A DNA stretch of 64,000 nucleotides, taken from Blepharisma stoltei ATCC 30299 (taxonomy: Eukaryota; Protista; Ciliophora). The stretch covers positions 1-64,000 of the forward strand of contig CBFDEM010000050.1 in NCBI GenBank assembly GCA_965603825.1, given 5' to 3'. The notes under the pieces were generated by a model. It was not told the origin of the DNA. It did not search any database and saw nothing but the letters and a program-made list of their open reading frames with translations. Shown one piece after another: positions 24,077 through 36,928 of the stretch. The translations under genes and the position numbers were made by a program. How positions within the stretch are numbered: the stretch's first letter is position 1; each line of letters starts with the position of its first letter.

Positions 24077-24709
24077 ATGCATAGTCCCCAAATGAAACCC
24101 ACAACAAGGGTGCAAACCTCATCATTTCAAGGTAAAAAGCCTTCCAAAAAGACCCTTACAATTGCTCCTGAAATGGATGCCTCTCTACACATTCTTTTAG
24201 CAAAAAGTCCAGTTACATCATCTACACACAAAAGCCCTTCAAAGTGAGCTGAAAGCAATGAAGATCTCAATGAAATGTGCCGTAGGCTACTAGAAGAGCA
24301 GCAGAAATTAAAGCAACAGCTCAAAGACCAAGAAATATTGATCCATAAGCTGAGAGGAGAGTCCCGAAGCCAATTATCCAGATATAAAGAGCCTTTAAAA
24401 ATGTTCCAAGAAGCTGTCAGCAATTTAGAAAAAGACAGAAAAGTCAAAGAGCTGCTTTTACGACGATCAGAAACCCCCACTTCAATAAGTTCTGTCTCCA
24501 ACAAATTTAAGCTGCCTGAGGTAAAACTAAGGTCAGAGCGATGTGTTTCTTTAAATGTCAGAAACATGTCACCTGGAAATGAAGAAAATTTTACATTCAG
24601 ACCTGGGAATAGCAGCGCTAAATCGCCATCAAGGCATATTCGGTTTCCTTATGATGTGTTTAGCAAGAGGATAAAGAGGAAAAGATACCTCTCAAACCAA
24701 ATTGAATAA
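24077..24709 (+). CDS. Hypothetical protein with short coiled coil, 210 aa
   Basis: ATG 24077 in frame with ORF 24275-24709 through one TGA. Confidence 0.7.
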
Positions 24710-24773
24710 TAATCTAACTAATGTAATTAAATTCCTAATTTAAAGAATTTGAAGAGATTTATAATAAATTAAT

Positions 24774-25730
24774 ATGTCAAATGATAGAATAAACAGCTGG
24801 ATTTATAATACCAGCATTATTGGATCTCTTATTACAGGGATTTTTACTTGCAAACTAACTTACAACTATTTTCATCTGAGCCGTATAAAAGATTACTCAG
24901 TCTCTGAATTGTCAAATTCTAAGACTTTATCATCGTCCTATGTATGTGTATCAGGGAATGTAGGAAACCATAATGCCTTTAACGTAATATAAATGTAGTC
25001 TTTGACGTCCAAACAAAACCTGAAGGTGGTTTATTCTGATTATTATGACACTAAATATAACCAACTAGGCGCAGTAATAAGCACTTCTAATAAAAAGATA
25101 ATCAAAGAGTTCTGTCTTACTGAAGGAAAGCAGCAAATATTTATACAGCCTACCAAAGATACATATATAACAGTCTTAAGAGCATATGCTGAACAAAGCG
25201 CACTACCAGTCTCTTGAACTGGGCTGATACGGTCTATTTTCTCTTCCGTTTTATTTTTTATCACAAAACTTTTCCTAATAAACGTCGAAGTATCCCAAAG
25301 CATAATTGAAGAAGTCATCCCGAAGGACTCAAATATCTGTGTTATAGGAGAAATCAAGCAGATAGGAGAAAAACTAAAAATAATCCCTGACTATATTGCG
25401 TATTCTAAAGAAATAATCCTTCAAGAAAAAAAAGAACTATTATATTTTCTATATGGGCTGCATGCGCTTTTAGGTGGTTATATGATATGATATTTAAATA
25501 GACAAGCACAGAGAAGAAGAATAAGAAGAGAAGAAAATGAAATGAACAGAGAGGTCATAATTCGTATGCCAGCTGGCTTTGAGTGCTGCATCTGCTTAGA
25601 AAACCCTCGAAATATCATCACCGACCCTTGCAAACACCTCAGTATATGCCAGCTCTGCTCAGAAAACCTAGAAGATTGTCCTATTTGTAGGACCCCTATT
25701 ACTGCAAAAACAAGGATTTTTTTTACTTAA
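24774..25730 (+). CDS. MUL1/MAPL/SP1-like membrane E3 ligase (TM, GIDE-like, TM, C3HC4 RING), 313 aa, one 15-nt intron
   Basis: Three listed ORFs share one frame; intron 24984-24998 and two TGA; C-terminal CCICLENPRNI...PCKH..IC..C.....CPICR. Confidence 0.8.
24984..24998 (+). other. 15-nt intron GTAATATAAATGTAG
   Basis: GT..AG, A10, removes in-frame TAA and TAG. Confidence 0.9.
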
Positions 25731-25797
25731 TTTATTGCAAATCCCTTCATAATTTGAATCGATTAATCTTAAACTTCCAAAATGGCTTATAATATTT

Positions 25798-27384
25798 ATG
25801 TCAGGCCCAATTCCTTTTCCTAGTCTTCCAGGCTTTGCCCCTCACCATGACCCAACAGTAAAATTTACATAGAAAACCCAGCACAAGCGTGTCAGTGCCC
25901 AAAAGCAAGAAGAAAACAAAGATTACGTAACTGCTAGGTAGGCAAATCGTCCTCTGCCTTCATATCCTCTCCCACGACGTGAAAGTCCAGAAAAGCCAGA
26001 CCAAACCCGCATGATGGACACCCAATGGCGCTCTACGACACACTCAGTCCATGCCCCTATGAATTCTGAAGAAATCACTGACCAATTTGAGCCGACCTTT
26101 GTAAAAATGGACCGACAAGTTTTGAGATTTTTCGGGTATTTTAAAGAGCCAATTGTAGAAAGCAACTTAGAGCACTTCAGAGTGAGGAAATTGATTATTT
26201 ATTATTATTTAGAAGATCATACTCTGTCGGTGATAGAGCCAAGAGAAGTAAATTCTGGAACTCCACAAGGACCGTTTATTAAGAGACAAGCCATACTGAA
26301 AAATGATGGAAGCGGAATGGCCATTGTGCCGACTGATTTGAGGGTAGGAGAGAATATTGTGATTTTTGGGAAAAATATTAGGATTGTGGACTGTGACCAA
26401 TATACAAGGGAATTTTATGATTTAAATCGAATGAGCCAAGGACCAGCTGAAGAGATACCTGGCGACCCTTTTGCGAAAAAGAAAGGGGAAAAAGTGGTGC
26501 TGGTAAAGGATGCAGCTATGAAAGAGTTTTTAGAAAAATCGTTAGGAGGAGGAAGACCAAAACCTCAGAAACAGTTTTTGGACCATGATAGAAAGGTTTT
26601 AAGGTTTTTCAGCTCTAGTGGAGGAGAACATTTTATTTTGCACTATTATTTAGCAGATGATACTGTAGAAATATTAGAAATTCACTACCCAAATGATGGA
26701 AAAGTTGAATTCCCAGTCTTTCTTAGAAGAAATAAACTCCCTAAGAAGTTTGCAATCGGCCAGCCAGGTCAGCAGCCAGAAGAAAACTCATTAAAAGAAT
26801 ACGAAATCGAGCCAAACATGATTTTACAAATCTACAACCGTCAATTTGTAATTGACAGTGCTGACGAATTTACAGTGAACTACTACAGACAGCACTATTC
26901 TCGAGTTTTCCCAATAGGCCCAATCCCAGACCCACCTGAGCGTGAAGTAAACAACATCGTGATCCCTCCGCACGACGGTTTAGGTAGTGAAGAAGACTCT
27001 TTAGGTTACGTATATCGTCTTATCCCTAAGCCTCCTTATAAAGACTACTTCAAGTTTATTGACAACTCCCACCGAATTCTAAGATGGACCGCCAGATTTA
27101 ACTCTCCTCAGCCAGAAGACGTCGACCGTAGGTTCATTATTTCTATGTTCCTCAATGACGATACTCTCCAAATCCACGAAATCCCACAAAGAAATTCAGG
27201 TATTGTGGAAGGTAAATTCTTGATCAGAGGGAGATACAAGAATGAGAACAGGAATAACGAGTATTTCCACCCCGCTGATTTTATTTTGGGGACTGATTTA
27301 ACAGTGAATAGATATAGATTCCACATTGAGAGCTGTGATGAGCATACTCAGAAGTGGATGGAAGAGCATCTGGGGCATTATTAA
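25798..27384 (+). CDS. Rib72/EFHC-family microtubule inner protein (three DM10 domains, no EF-hand tail), 523 aa, one 15-nt intron
   Basis: N-terminal LPGF...DPT|KT.HK; DM10 motifs VLRFFGYFKE..YYLEDHT, DRKVLRF..YYLADDTVEI, RRFIIS.FL.DDT. Confidence 0.9.
25858..25872 (+). other. 15-nt intron GTAAAATTTACATAG
   Basis: GT..AG, A10, restores the conserved DPT-KT junction. Confidence 0.92.
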
Positions 27385-27472
27385 GTAACACTTTAAAAAT
27401 TTCTAGAGGATTTTATATCAAAATAATGCTATAAGAATAATAAATAAAAATTATTTGACCAAAAGATGTCAG

Positions 27473-27673
27473 TTATTTAGGTCTCGCAATAGTGTCAACA
27501 TGTCTTTTCTGCTCTTCTCTTAGTGTCTCAAAGTACTTTGCAGAAAACGCTATGATATCGCTAGGGTTATTCCTAATCACTTCTTTTGAGTAGTTCTTTA
27601 AAATCAATGGTAACTCTTCAGGGACTGAAATTTGTTCAGCTGAGAACAATCTCATTTCTTTGATATCTGCCAT
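27473..27673 (-). CDS. Stand-alone RIIa dimerisation/docking domain protein (ropporin/RSP11-like N-terminus), 66 aa
   Basis: EQISVPEELPLILKNYSKEVIRNNPSDIIAFSAKYF; ATG at 27673. Confidence 0.8.
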   Translation of the reverse strand: MADIKEMRLFSAEQISVPEELPLILKNYSKEVIRNNPSDIIAFSAKYFETLREEQKRHVDTIARPK

Positions 27674-27765
27674 ATTATTTTTATAATTCAAATAAAAATT
27701 GCTTTGGGTTCTATGATAGGCATTGCTAATTATTAATGAATTATTATGAACATTAAATTAGTTAA

Positions 27766-28341
27766 TTAGTCTTGTGAGCTAAAGCTATCATCTTTAGTCA
27801 ACGGCAGCCTAATTTCGCTGGCAGCTGCTTCCAGACCTCGCCCTTTTCTGTGTTTTTTATATTTAAATCTTTGGAAGCTTGAGGAGGGGACTTGAAGGCT
27901 TTTCTTGATTTTTGCTTCTTCTGCTTCATCTATGGAGGCATCTTTTTCGTCCGAACTTTCTATGTTGGTGATATTTATGTGAATTTTGTGGTCTTCGGGT
28001 CTGTGTTTGGATCCCAAACTTGTTTGGCACCGAAACTCAAAGTTTTTTAGGTCAGGATGGATTCGCTGCTTATATTTAAACCTTGGAGATAGGTCAATTC
28101 CTTCTAATCCGTTAGGAGAAAAAGGAGAACAAGGAGAATTAGAGCCTAAAATATGCTTTTCTAGGCTAGGAAGTTTCTGATTTAGGGATCCTCTTCTGTT
28201 TTTATTGCAAAAATCGCTAAAACCTTCATATACAGGATTTTGGGGAGTTAGATAATGGTCAATCCTAGGGCTGTTTTTAGGCTTGAAGTGAAATTCTTTC
28301 GGATCCACTGAAGGGAGTTTTATAAGTTTTTTTGGTTCCAT
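27766..28341 (-). CDS. Hypothetical protein, 191 aa
   Basis: ATG..TAA ORF with AT-rich flanks. Confidence 0.65.
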   Translation of the reverse strand: MEPKKLIKLPSVDPKEFHFKPKNSPRIDHYLTPQNPVYEGFSDFCNKNRRGSLNQKLPSLEKHILGSNSPCSPFSPNGLEGIDLSPRFKYKQRIHPDLKNFEFRCQTSLGSKHRPEDHKIHINITNIESSDEKDASIDEAEEAKIKKSLQVPSSSFQRFKYKKHRKGRGLEAAASEIRLPLTKDDSFSSQD

Positions 28342-28804
28342 TTTTATATGAATTAATGGAATTCTAATTCTAGCAATCCTAATTTATATCTCATTAAAAT
28401 TGCTTATAATTAAGAAATATATACTTTATTTCAATTATTAGTACGATAAGAAGCATTATCTGGATTTACCGTAGCATTTCTAGAATGAGTGATTTGGTAA
28501 ACAAATCCTGATTAATAAATGAAATAAATAAAATGCATACTCGTGATCAATTCTGATTTATTAAATTTTGTTATAGTCTTATAAGAAATAGTATAAAATT
28601 TAAGGAATGAATTAGTTGTGAGTTAACAGATTTATGGATGAGCAAGAAATGAAAGCTCTACCTATTACTTTTAAAAACGAGAGTGCACTAAATTCTGTGA
28701 CTTAGCTGCATCTCATATTTCAAAAATACTTGGAAAAAAGTGCATGCTAAAACTGCTCAATTTCCAATTATTTTTTTTATATATTACTCATTAAAAGAAA
28801 TTTA

Positions 28805-29862
28805 TTAAATTATTGGATATAATCCAACTGTCTGGATTCCACACACTCCTACCCCATCTTCCATTTTTATATAAAAGTACCCATTCACACCAACATTTGT
28901 TCCCCATGAATTCCTTACAATTCAATACCCTAAGTCCTGTTCTACGTCAACTTGATACCCGACAATTACCACAGCATGGTTTACATTCACTGTGCAGCCG
29001 CCATCAATAATTCCACCGGTATAGTGCAGCATAGCAGTGTCATCAACTGAGACAGCAATAGGTTGCTGCTTAACAGCACTCACGAATGAAGTAATATTAT
29101 TAGGTTGCACCACATCAAAATCGCTGATTGTTGCTAGAGGATATTCAGTAATGCTTTCTTTGCAGTTTCCAACTGAATTAACAAAAGGATAATACTCTTG
29201 ACTGACAAGCCCATATTTTTTATATAGCCATAAGTAGCTATGTAGCTGCCAGTATTGCAACCATGGTTGCCAAACCCCAAAGAGCAGTCTGTGATTTGCT
29301 GTACAGAAAGTGAGTGAAGACCTTTGCCGCTGATTGCCCAAGCACTTTCTACTGTGGCTGCACTTGCAAAAGCGTAGCAGTTAGCGCAGGTATGTTGATC
29401 TTTTATAGGTGTAAGAATTCCAGGAACATTTCTCCAGTCCCAAGAAAATATTGTATCTCCAACTTCAAATTCCTTGTAATGTTCAATTTCTACCTTTTCC
29501 ATAGGTCTAGAATACTTTTCATGAAATTCTTCTACAGTCATATCTGCAAATTTAGTTATTCCTTTGGTCCAAGAGTGTCTTTGAGAATTGAATTCCTGGA
29601 AGTGGGCTAGGTTCTCTCTGAAGATTTGGAACCTTTTTAAGAACTCTTCGGGCGTAGGATAATTTTTATTGTAGGTAAGAATGAAACTTTTGAATTGTTC
29701 TTGGTCAAGCTCAAATTGGGAAAGGCTGCGGCTTTTAGAAGGAAAGCTGGATTTTAGAGCGAAAACAGCAAAAAGGATTCCAATGAAGAAAAGTGAAGAA
29801 AATAAGATTAGGGATTTCTTCGACTGGCTGGGGTTATGCTTATACCTCAAATAGGAGTCCAT
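28805..29862 (-). CDS. Papain-family (C1A, cathepsin L-like) cysteine protease with an apparent 1-nt frameshift
   Basis: Signal anchor, I29 prodomain (E...RF.IF..N; GITKFADMT), DWR, Q..C..CYAF, NHAV.IVGY, Y-W(TGA)-IVRNSWG; frame switches at the A6 run 29216-29221. Confidence 0.85.
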
Positions 29863-30207
29863 TATTTATATACAGTTAAAGGAGCTCTGAAAAAAAGGAT
29901 GGTGAAGAAGAAAACTTTATAAGTTAATGTAGAGTTTTATATGTAGAATTAAGCTTTTCTAAAAATACAAAAGAAATTGATTACCTACACTTTAAATAAC
30001 AAGAAAAATCATTTCCGCTCTTATAATAAAGGTCATCAGGCATGATTAGGCAAGTTTTATTTCATGTTAATGTAGCATATTTATATTTATTTATAAAATC
30101 AAAATGGAAATATTTTTAAAAATTTATTAAGCTTATTACCTAAAAATTCTCCATAAGAATTCTCATTAGATTTCATATTCGATACATAGCTCAGAAAATC
30201 ATTATAA

Positions 30208-33200
30208 ATGGCAAATCTCAGATTCTTCGAACAAAATCTTCCCGATCTCTACCGGCATCGGCTGGAACAAGAGCGTGAAGACGCTGCCGACATGATAATT
30301 AAAGGCTTTCAGTCCTTTATATCCTCATCCAACGAACAAGAACTTATCAGTTTATGGATCCCTTCAGCCCATCGATTTTTAGACATCCACAAATTCAGCC
30401 CTGACGAGCAAGTCTCCATTATCCAGACAGTTTTCAGCATAATCAGCTTATCATCCTTATCAATAGACGCCCTTTCTAGCACCATTTCTCTATTCAATCG
30501 TCTCCTCAAGCTTCGGCAGTCCATCAAAACTGAGCTGGAATGAAAAGTCCTGTACAATCTCTACAACTGGCTGGTCTCTTCTCAAGAGTCTAAGTTTTTG
30601 TTCTACGGATTTGGCCAAATTTCTTATTTATTAGGAGAATTAGCAACTTCTATGAAAAAAGCTAGGAAATTTTACTCAGAAGGTGCGACAAGAGAAATCA
30701 TTGATACTTTTAGGAGGAAAATTTGCCCAGGAGGCGATATCAGTGAAGCTGTAACATTGATGACGACGCTCATACCTAATAAGGGAGAGGTTGACTCATG
30801 GCTCATTGATATTCTCCTTGAAGCAGTAGATTATGATCATAGGAACTTATCAGTGATCCTTAAAGTTATTTCATTTTTAGCTGATACTGCTAAAGCAAGC
30901 CCTGATTTTAACTGGGAGCCTTATATGCCTAAATTACTAGATTTGTCATTAAGAGCTATTCCACTATTACCAAACCCAGCACCAAGACCGAAAACCTATA
31001 TGGACGAAAACAAAAAGATGGTTGGCTTTATGGGGAGTTTTATGAAAAAAACAGCTGGGATAGTGAAGTTTTTGATTTTTACCTTAAAAGAGCAAGGGAA
31101 TTCTCTGAAGTATTTCCAGCAATGGATACAAAATATTAGAGGACACCTTAAAGAAGAAAAAATGACTACCCATGCCTTTGTGGAGCATTTAAATAAATGT
31201 GGGCATTATATGAGCAGAAGGATAAGAAGGGCGAATAAAAATAAAACAGCAGGAGTTTCGAGCAGCTTGATCAATAAGTTCTTAGACATTTTGCTTCCTT
31301 GTGTAGAAGTTGTGTTCCATACCAAGCATTTGGGGACACTTGACAAGCTGTTTAACAGTTTAAGCTTTATAGCTCCAGAACGGTTTATTTCTTTTTGTAC
31401 CCAGTATTGTTCATATATTTTAGAAGACTACAACGTTTCTCATGCAAAAGCTATAGAAGTGATGAGACAAACTCTAAGGGCGACCTTGGATTCTAAAGTA
31501 TATAACCACGATATTACTGAGCTTGCTTTACTTATAGAAAAAGGCCTTCAAGAATTAACATCCAGCGATATTGATAAAGCTTGCAAAGTCTTAGACTATT
31601 ATGCAGTCCTTGGCTCTACAATTGCCCTTGATGACTCTGCAGGTGACGGAATTAGAGAATGGGGACAAGGCTTCATGGAAAGACTCTTAGACACCCTCAG
31701 CAAGCTTGAAGAAAAATCTGAAGAAAAAGAAGAAAAACCAGAAAAACCTATGTTCAGCCTATTTGAAAGACAGTCATTTAATATTGAAAAATCATTGAAA
31801 AATTGTATGAGAGCTTTGTCGTCCAGTGTAGGGATTGATATTTTTTATTTCTGGGTCAATGATTTTCTAGAATATATAAAATTCAATGCTTGTAACAACG
31901 CCCAGCACGAATTCGGGATAATTGCTGCTGAAATGACAAGAAGGCATCCCCAAAGAGTCCTAGGAAACTTATTAGAACTAGTGAAAAATAGGACAGTAAA
32001 AAATGGGGAAATCTCGTCCAGAAGCCCAAAAGAAATTTCTTGGCTTGTAGGGATCTTGGTGAGTTCTATGAGATTTGGAGGGGATTATTTGGTAAATGTC
32101 AGAGGACAGATAGAAGAGCTGGTTAGCGTTTTTATAAAAAATGAAAGTGAAAAGATATATGAATTGGCTGGAGATCTGATAGGAAGCTATATAGAAGGGC
32201 TTGTCACGATTTATCCGACTTCTTATCATCCTTTTTTGCCGAGCTTTGTAGATGGTCATATGGATTATAACCAATATAGAGGAAGTGTTGGGCAGCAGAC
32301 TGAAGGGACTGATATGGAAATTTCTTGGTATAAGCCATCTGATGCTGCTCTTATAATTGCTAAAGAATTAGCTGTAGCTCATTTATTCTCAATAAATACT
32401 GAAGCTTCTAAGGATGAGCTTAAAAAGAAACTCGCAATTGCCTCAAGTATTCTACCGGCACTTTCTACGTTAGAACTCATATCTACCACAAGTCCAGGCT
32501 CCTTCAGAGTATCAACAGGCCTTGAAAACCTCAATATCCCTGCAGAACTTCTTGACTCCCACAAATTTTTTTCGGAGACATTAAAATCCCTTTCTTCTTC
32601 CCACTTAATCCTAAATGACTCAAATTTAGCTGAAACCATCATAAAGCTGATTACCTCAACCTTAAAAAACAACGACCTCTGTATCGCTGAAATCAAGCAA
32701 GAAGAAGCCAAACTTCGCATGTTGAGAAACCGAATAGGGAATCCCCTAGTCCCATTTTTTGAAAAAAACCATAGCGAAACCCGCCTTTACCAGATTGAAA
32801 AAGCATATATCCATCATAATATGAGAATTGCCACTAGGCTCTCACAGAAAAGATGTATAGAGCACTATCAAGATTTACTAGACATCATCATTAATTTATC
32901 CCTGCATCAGCTGAAATCAGTGCGAGGGACTGCTAAATCCAGCTTAAAAAAGGTCATAAGCAACAACTTTTTGTATGGCCAAGAAGTAATTGCATATGTT
33001 TGGCAAAAAATCGAGGAAAAAATAGGCGAAATCTTTGTGACTAGGAATGAGGAGGATGTAAAAGCAGTTTTGGAGATTATCAGTGATAAAGGGGAGATGT
33101 GGAAAAGAGGGGTTGTGACAAAGATGTATTTGGCACCCAATATTTTGACGCAGGCAAGCAGTATTGAGAACGCAGAAATCCAAATTCCACTGTTTGCGAT

Positions 33201-35286
33201 ATTTTCGAATTATGTGATGACTGCTTATCCAAATGTAAAAATTACGTCTCAAGGAGGAATTCAGTTATTGGAAGACCATAAAATAAAAGGCAGAGAAATC
33301 ATTGAAAAAATGTGTAGAGAAATATACGGCTATAACTGGAGGTATAAGCTATATGCTATGGTCTATATCATTTTAAATATCGCATCAGTTGCTGATATAG
33401 AGTTTTTAAATGCAGTCAGTGACGCTTTAACTCCATTAATTCTTGACGAGCATGCTGATATCAGAGATACTGCGGTCCATCTGTTTAATTTTATTCTGAG
33501 GCTAAAGGTTTACCACACTATTCCAAAACCTTCAGTTTCTGCTCTTCCCATGACTGAGTTTTCTGAAGATGCCCGCTACCTTGACCTATCTAATATTTCT
33601 ACAGTAAACCTAGGAAAATTGCATCAGGGATGGTCAATTCTGCCAGATTTCATTAAAAATTACCCAGAAATCGCTTATACCGATTCTCACGATTCTTTGT
33701 ACGCTTTACTAAATTCTGAAGAAAAAGTTGAAAAATTGCTGCAATTCTTAGTTGTAAAGCACCAAATTGAGACTGAGGAAACCCAAATCAGCAACCCTGC
33801 CGCACACTCCACAAACCATGCTCTTGAATTCTTAAATAACCCTGCAAAACTTGTCAATTTTATCCTCGAACACCCTATTAAGCGAAAATCCTCTAGAGGC
33901 GCCTATTTTTCAGTATCCAAAGCAAACTTTTTTAAAGGAATTGGCAGAATTTATGGTCCATCAGGGGTAAGAATTTTGATATCAAAAGCCAGGTCTTTGA
34001 TTTCTCAAGAAAAAGAATCACAAATTGTGTTATCAGAAGTCCTTGCAGGTGTATTTCGGTCAATGAAATATTGGGATTCCCAAAGTAAAGAAACTTTTTA
34101 TGGCTTTTTTGAAGAAGCTATCAAAAATTGCTCATTAGAGTCCAGTGGAAGCTGGCAAAGAAGCATTGAGTATATGTGCAAAAAACAGTCCCCACATAAA
34201 ATTTTACCAATTTATAGGATTTTGTATAGCAATTTGTCAGTTTCTGCTTCAACCAAATTGAGAAAAATCCTGAAGTTGCTGTCTAGATTTGTTGGGTATT
34301 TAGGATGGAAAGGGATTGAAATATATCCAGAGCTTGTAATGTCCTTAGGCAATTTGCCATCTGATTATTTCGCGTCGTTAAGAGTCACTTCTAGTATTTT
34401 GCTAGGGAAAATCATTTCTGCTACTGGGAGATTTATGAAAAATAATGAAGAAACCCAAAAATACTTGAAAATCGAAATAGAGACTGGCAAATACTGGGGC
34501 ATTTTTAAGCCTGCAGCAGCTTATATTACAAATATTCAAGCAATAGAAGAGTCATTATACAGCCATCTGCTTATTGAAATATATAGACAGTTATATAGGG
34601 TCCAAAGTTCTGAATGAAGCTTGATCTCTTATATCACGCTTGGCATCCAAAAGATATTAGAATTCCTTGAAAGCGCTGACTCCAAGCTTTCTCTTGAAGC
34701 TTCTACTGCCATTGCTGAAATTTTTTCATCAAAAATATCCCCAAGCATTTTCTCTAACATTTTGCAATTATTTATAAAATCTGAAGGTGTTTCTTGGCAG
34801 TCAATGAATATTAAGATCCATACTTTGGCTTATTTTTGGTACTACAACCAATTTTCTGTGCCATACCCAGACTTTTCTTTGCTGTTTTTCGACCCAAGGC
34901 CTGAAACAAGGAATACTAGCAAGTCGTGCTTGGCGCTAGTGCTAAAAGTGGTCCCATCTGAACAAAAAAACGCATTTTATAATAAATGTCTTGAGATTGG
35001 AAAAGAAAAAGATATCTCTAATAAGATTGCGTATGCGTTTGGGCTAAGTTCGTTGATTTTAAGCTTGGAAGAGTTTATGGAGCCTTGGAAAGGAGATGCA
35101 ATAATCAAGTTGTGTAGGATGAAAAGAGAAGGGACAGAAATATCATCCTGTGTCAATTCTACAATGGCTGATTTCTGGAAAGTTCACAAGCCGTTGTGGA
35201 ATACACAGCATTTTAGGGAAAAGTTTACAGATGAGGCAATTGATGTGGTGAGTGGGTTTAACAGTGAGCATTCTTATTTCGCTTAA
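30208..35286 (+). CDS. PSME4: Proteasome activator PA200/Blm10, 1692 aa
   Basis: Three in-frame ORFs joined by TGA 30541 and 34615; HEAT-like helical protein ending ADFWKVH...FT......SEHSYFA, matching the PA200 C-terminal aromatic-X motif. Confidence 0.85.
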
Positions 35287-35350
35287 CTAATTCAATTTCC
35301 TTATTTTCATTTTAATAATAGTCATCAAAATAAAACCTTAAAATTTTTAA

Positions 35351-36748
35351 ATGGCAACGGATTATCTGAAAAGAGCCATAGAAGCATCTTATTTTCTTCC
35401 TTATATTACAGATATAACCAAAGATGCTACCCAAGAAGTTTTCGTAAAGGTTTGTAACATCCTCAAAATGAAATATTATTTAAAACACAAACGATCAAAA
35501 TCGTCAAAAAAAGAAACCAAGCCTATCACCGAAGAAAGGAGAAACTCCATCTCTGAAAAGCCTGTAAAACGAGAAGAAACCCCTGAAACGCGTAAAGAAA
35601 AAGCAAAAGAAATTAAACGGCTTCTTAAGAAGCTACAAAAAGAGAAGTCAGAACGACATAGGAAGCTGCAAGAATTGGATGAAGAAGCCAAAAGGAAGCT
35701 TGACGAAGATATAGAGCTTGAAGAAATTTTAAAACAAAAAAGAGAAGAAGAGATGAAAAAAGAAAGAATAAACAATACCTTGAAAAGAAGAGAAAAAGAA
35801 GAAAAACACAAAAAAGAATTTGAAAACTGGAAAAATTTAACAGAAAAAGAGTATAAAAACGTAATAAGCCAAAAATATTTACATGAAAAACTAGAAGAGT
35901 CGTATATAACTCAAATAGTTATGCCTGAGCTTGAAAAGAAGAAAGCTGAACTTGCTCAAAAAAGATTGCTATTTCAGCCTATTAATCGAGGAGAAATTAT
36001 AGAGCATGCTAGAAGACATGATGACATAATTAAAGATCTTCAAGCTCGTCGAGAAAAAGAAGCCCTCAGCCAATCTATAGACTTGCAGTATCACCAAATC
36101 GCTAAAAGTTTTCATTCAAAAGCTCAAGATGCTCTAAAAGAAGAAGAAAAAAGGCTAAAAGAAGAAAAAGATAAAGAAGAGCTTGAAAAAAAGCAAAGAA
36201 TTGAGAAAAAAAATCAATATGCTGAGCTTGTAAAAGAGCTCTACAGACCTACTGTTGACGAATTTAAAAGGCAAGAAATGAAATTACTTGTAGAAAAACT
36301 AAAACTCCCAGTAAGGAAAAAATTATATGGAATAAACTCAGCTAACACCTATGAAGTTTCTACTGCAAATGGGTCAGTCACCGAAAAACATCGGCGGAAA
36401 TGGTCAAAAAATCCTATGGTGCCTGAACCTCCTCAGAAAAAAGAAATTAAAAAAATAGATTTTCTAGCTGAAATGAGAATTTTAAGGCGCTCTCAAGGCT
36501 CAGTTACGAGAAAATATGACCTTGAAAAGGAGTTAATGAGTTATGACCTTCACGATGAAGATAAAACACAGAAACTTATAGAAAAAACTGATTTAGTCGA
36601 TAAAGAAATCTCAAGAAAAGAACGAATTTTGAGCTCGAAATTAGCTCATCCGAAAAGCATAGATTTTGCTGACGAACTTAATGACATGATAATCAGCTCT
36701 ATAAAGGCGAAGCTGGCTATTGTGAATGCGTCAGTGGATTTATCATAA
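35351..36748 (+). CDS. Lys/Glu-rich coiled-coil hypothetical protein, 465 aa
   Basis: Uninterrupted ORF. Confidence 0.75.
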   Translation: MATDYLKRAIEASYFLPYITDITKDATQEVFVKVCNILKMKYYLKHKRSKSSKKETKPITEERRNSISEKPVKREETPETRKEKAKEIKRLLKKLQKEKSERHRKLQELDEEAKRKLDEDIELEEILKQKREEEMKKERINNTLKRREKEEKHKKEFENWKNLTEKEYKNVISQKYLHEKLEESYITQIVMPELEKKKAELAQKRLLFQPINRGEIIEHARRHDDIIKDLQARREKEALSQSIDLQYHQIAKSFHSKAQDALKEEEKRLKEEKDKEELEKKQRIEKKNQYAELVKELYRPTVDEFKRQEMKLLVEKLKLPVRKKLYGINSANTYEVSTANGSVTEKHRRKWSKNPMVPEPPQKKEIKKIDFLAEMRILRRSQGSVTRKYDLEKELMSYDLHDEDKTQKLIEKTDLVDKEISRKERILSSKLAHPKSIDFADELNDMIISSIKAKLAIVNASVDLS

Positions 36749-36928
36749 TTTTTTAATAATTCTTTATATAACTTAAAAAGGGCCAAGTCTCAGGTTTCTT
36801 AAATATTTCTACATGCAATTTTTGCAATATTTTAATTTTTGGCAAGTATTTTTATAAAAATAAAGATTTAAGTTTTTACCTATTTTTCATATAAAATCTT
36901 AAATAAATTCGACAAATAATAATAGACA

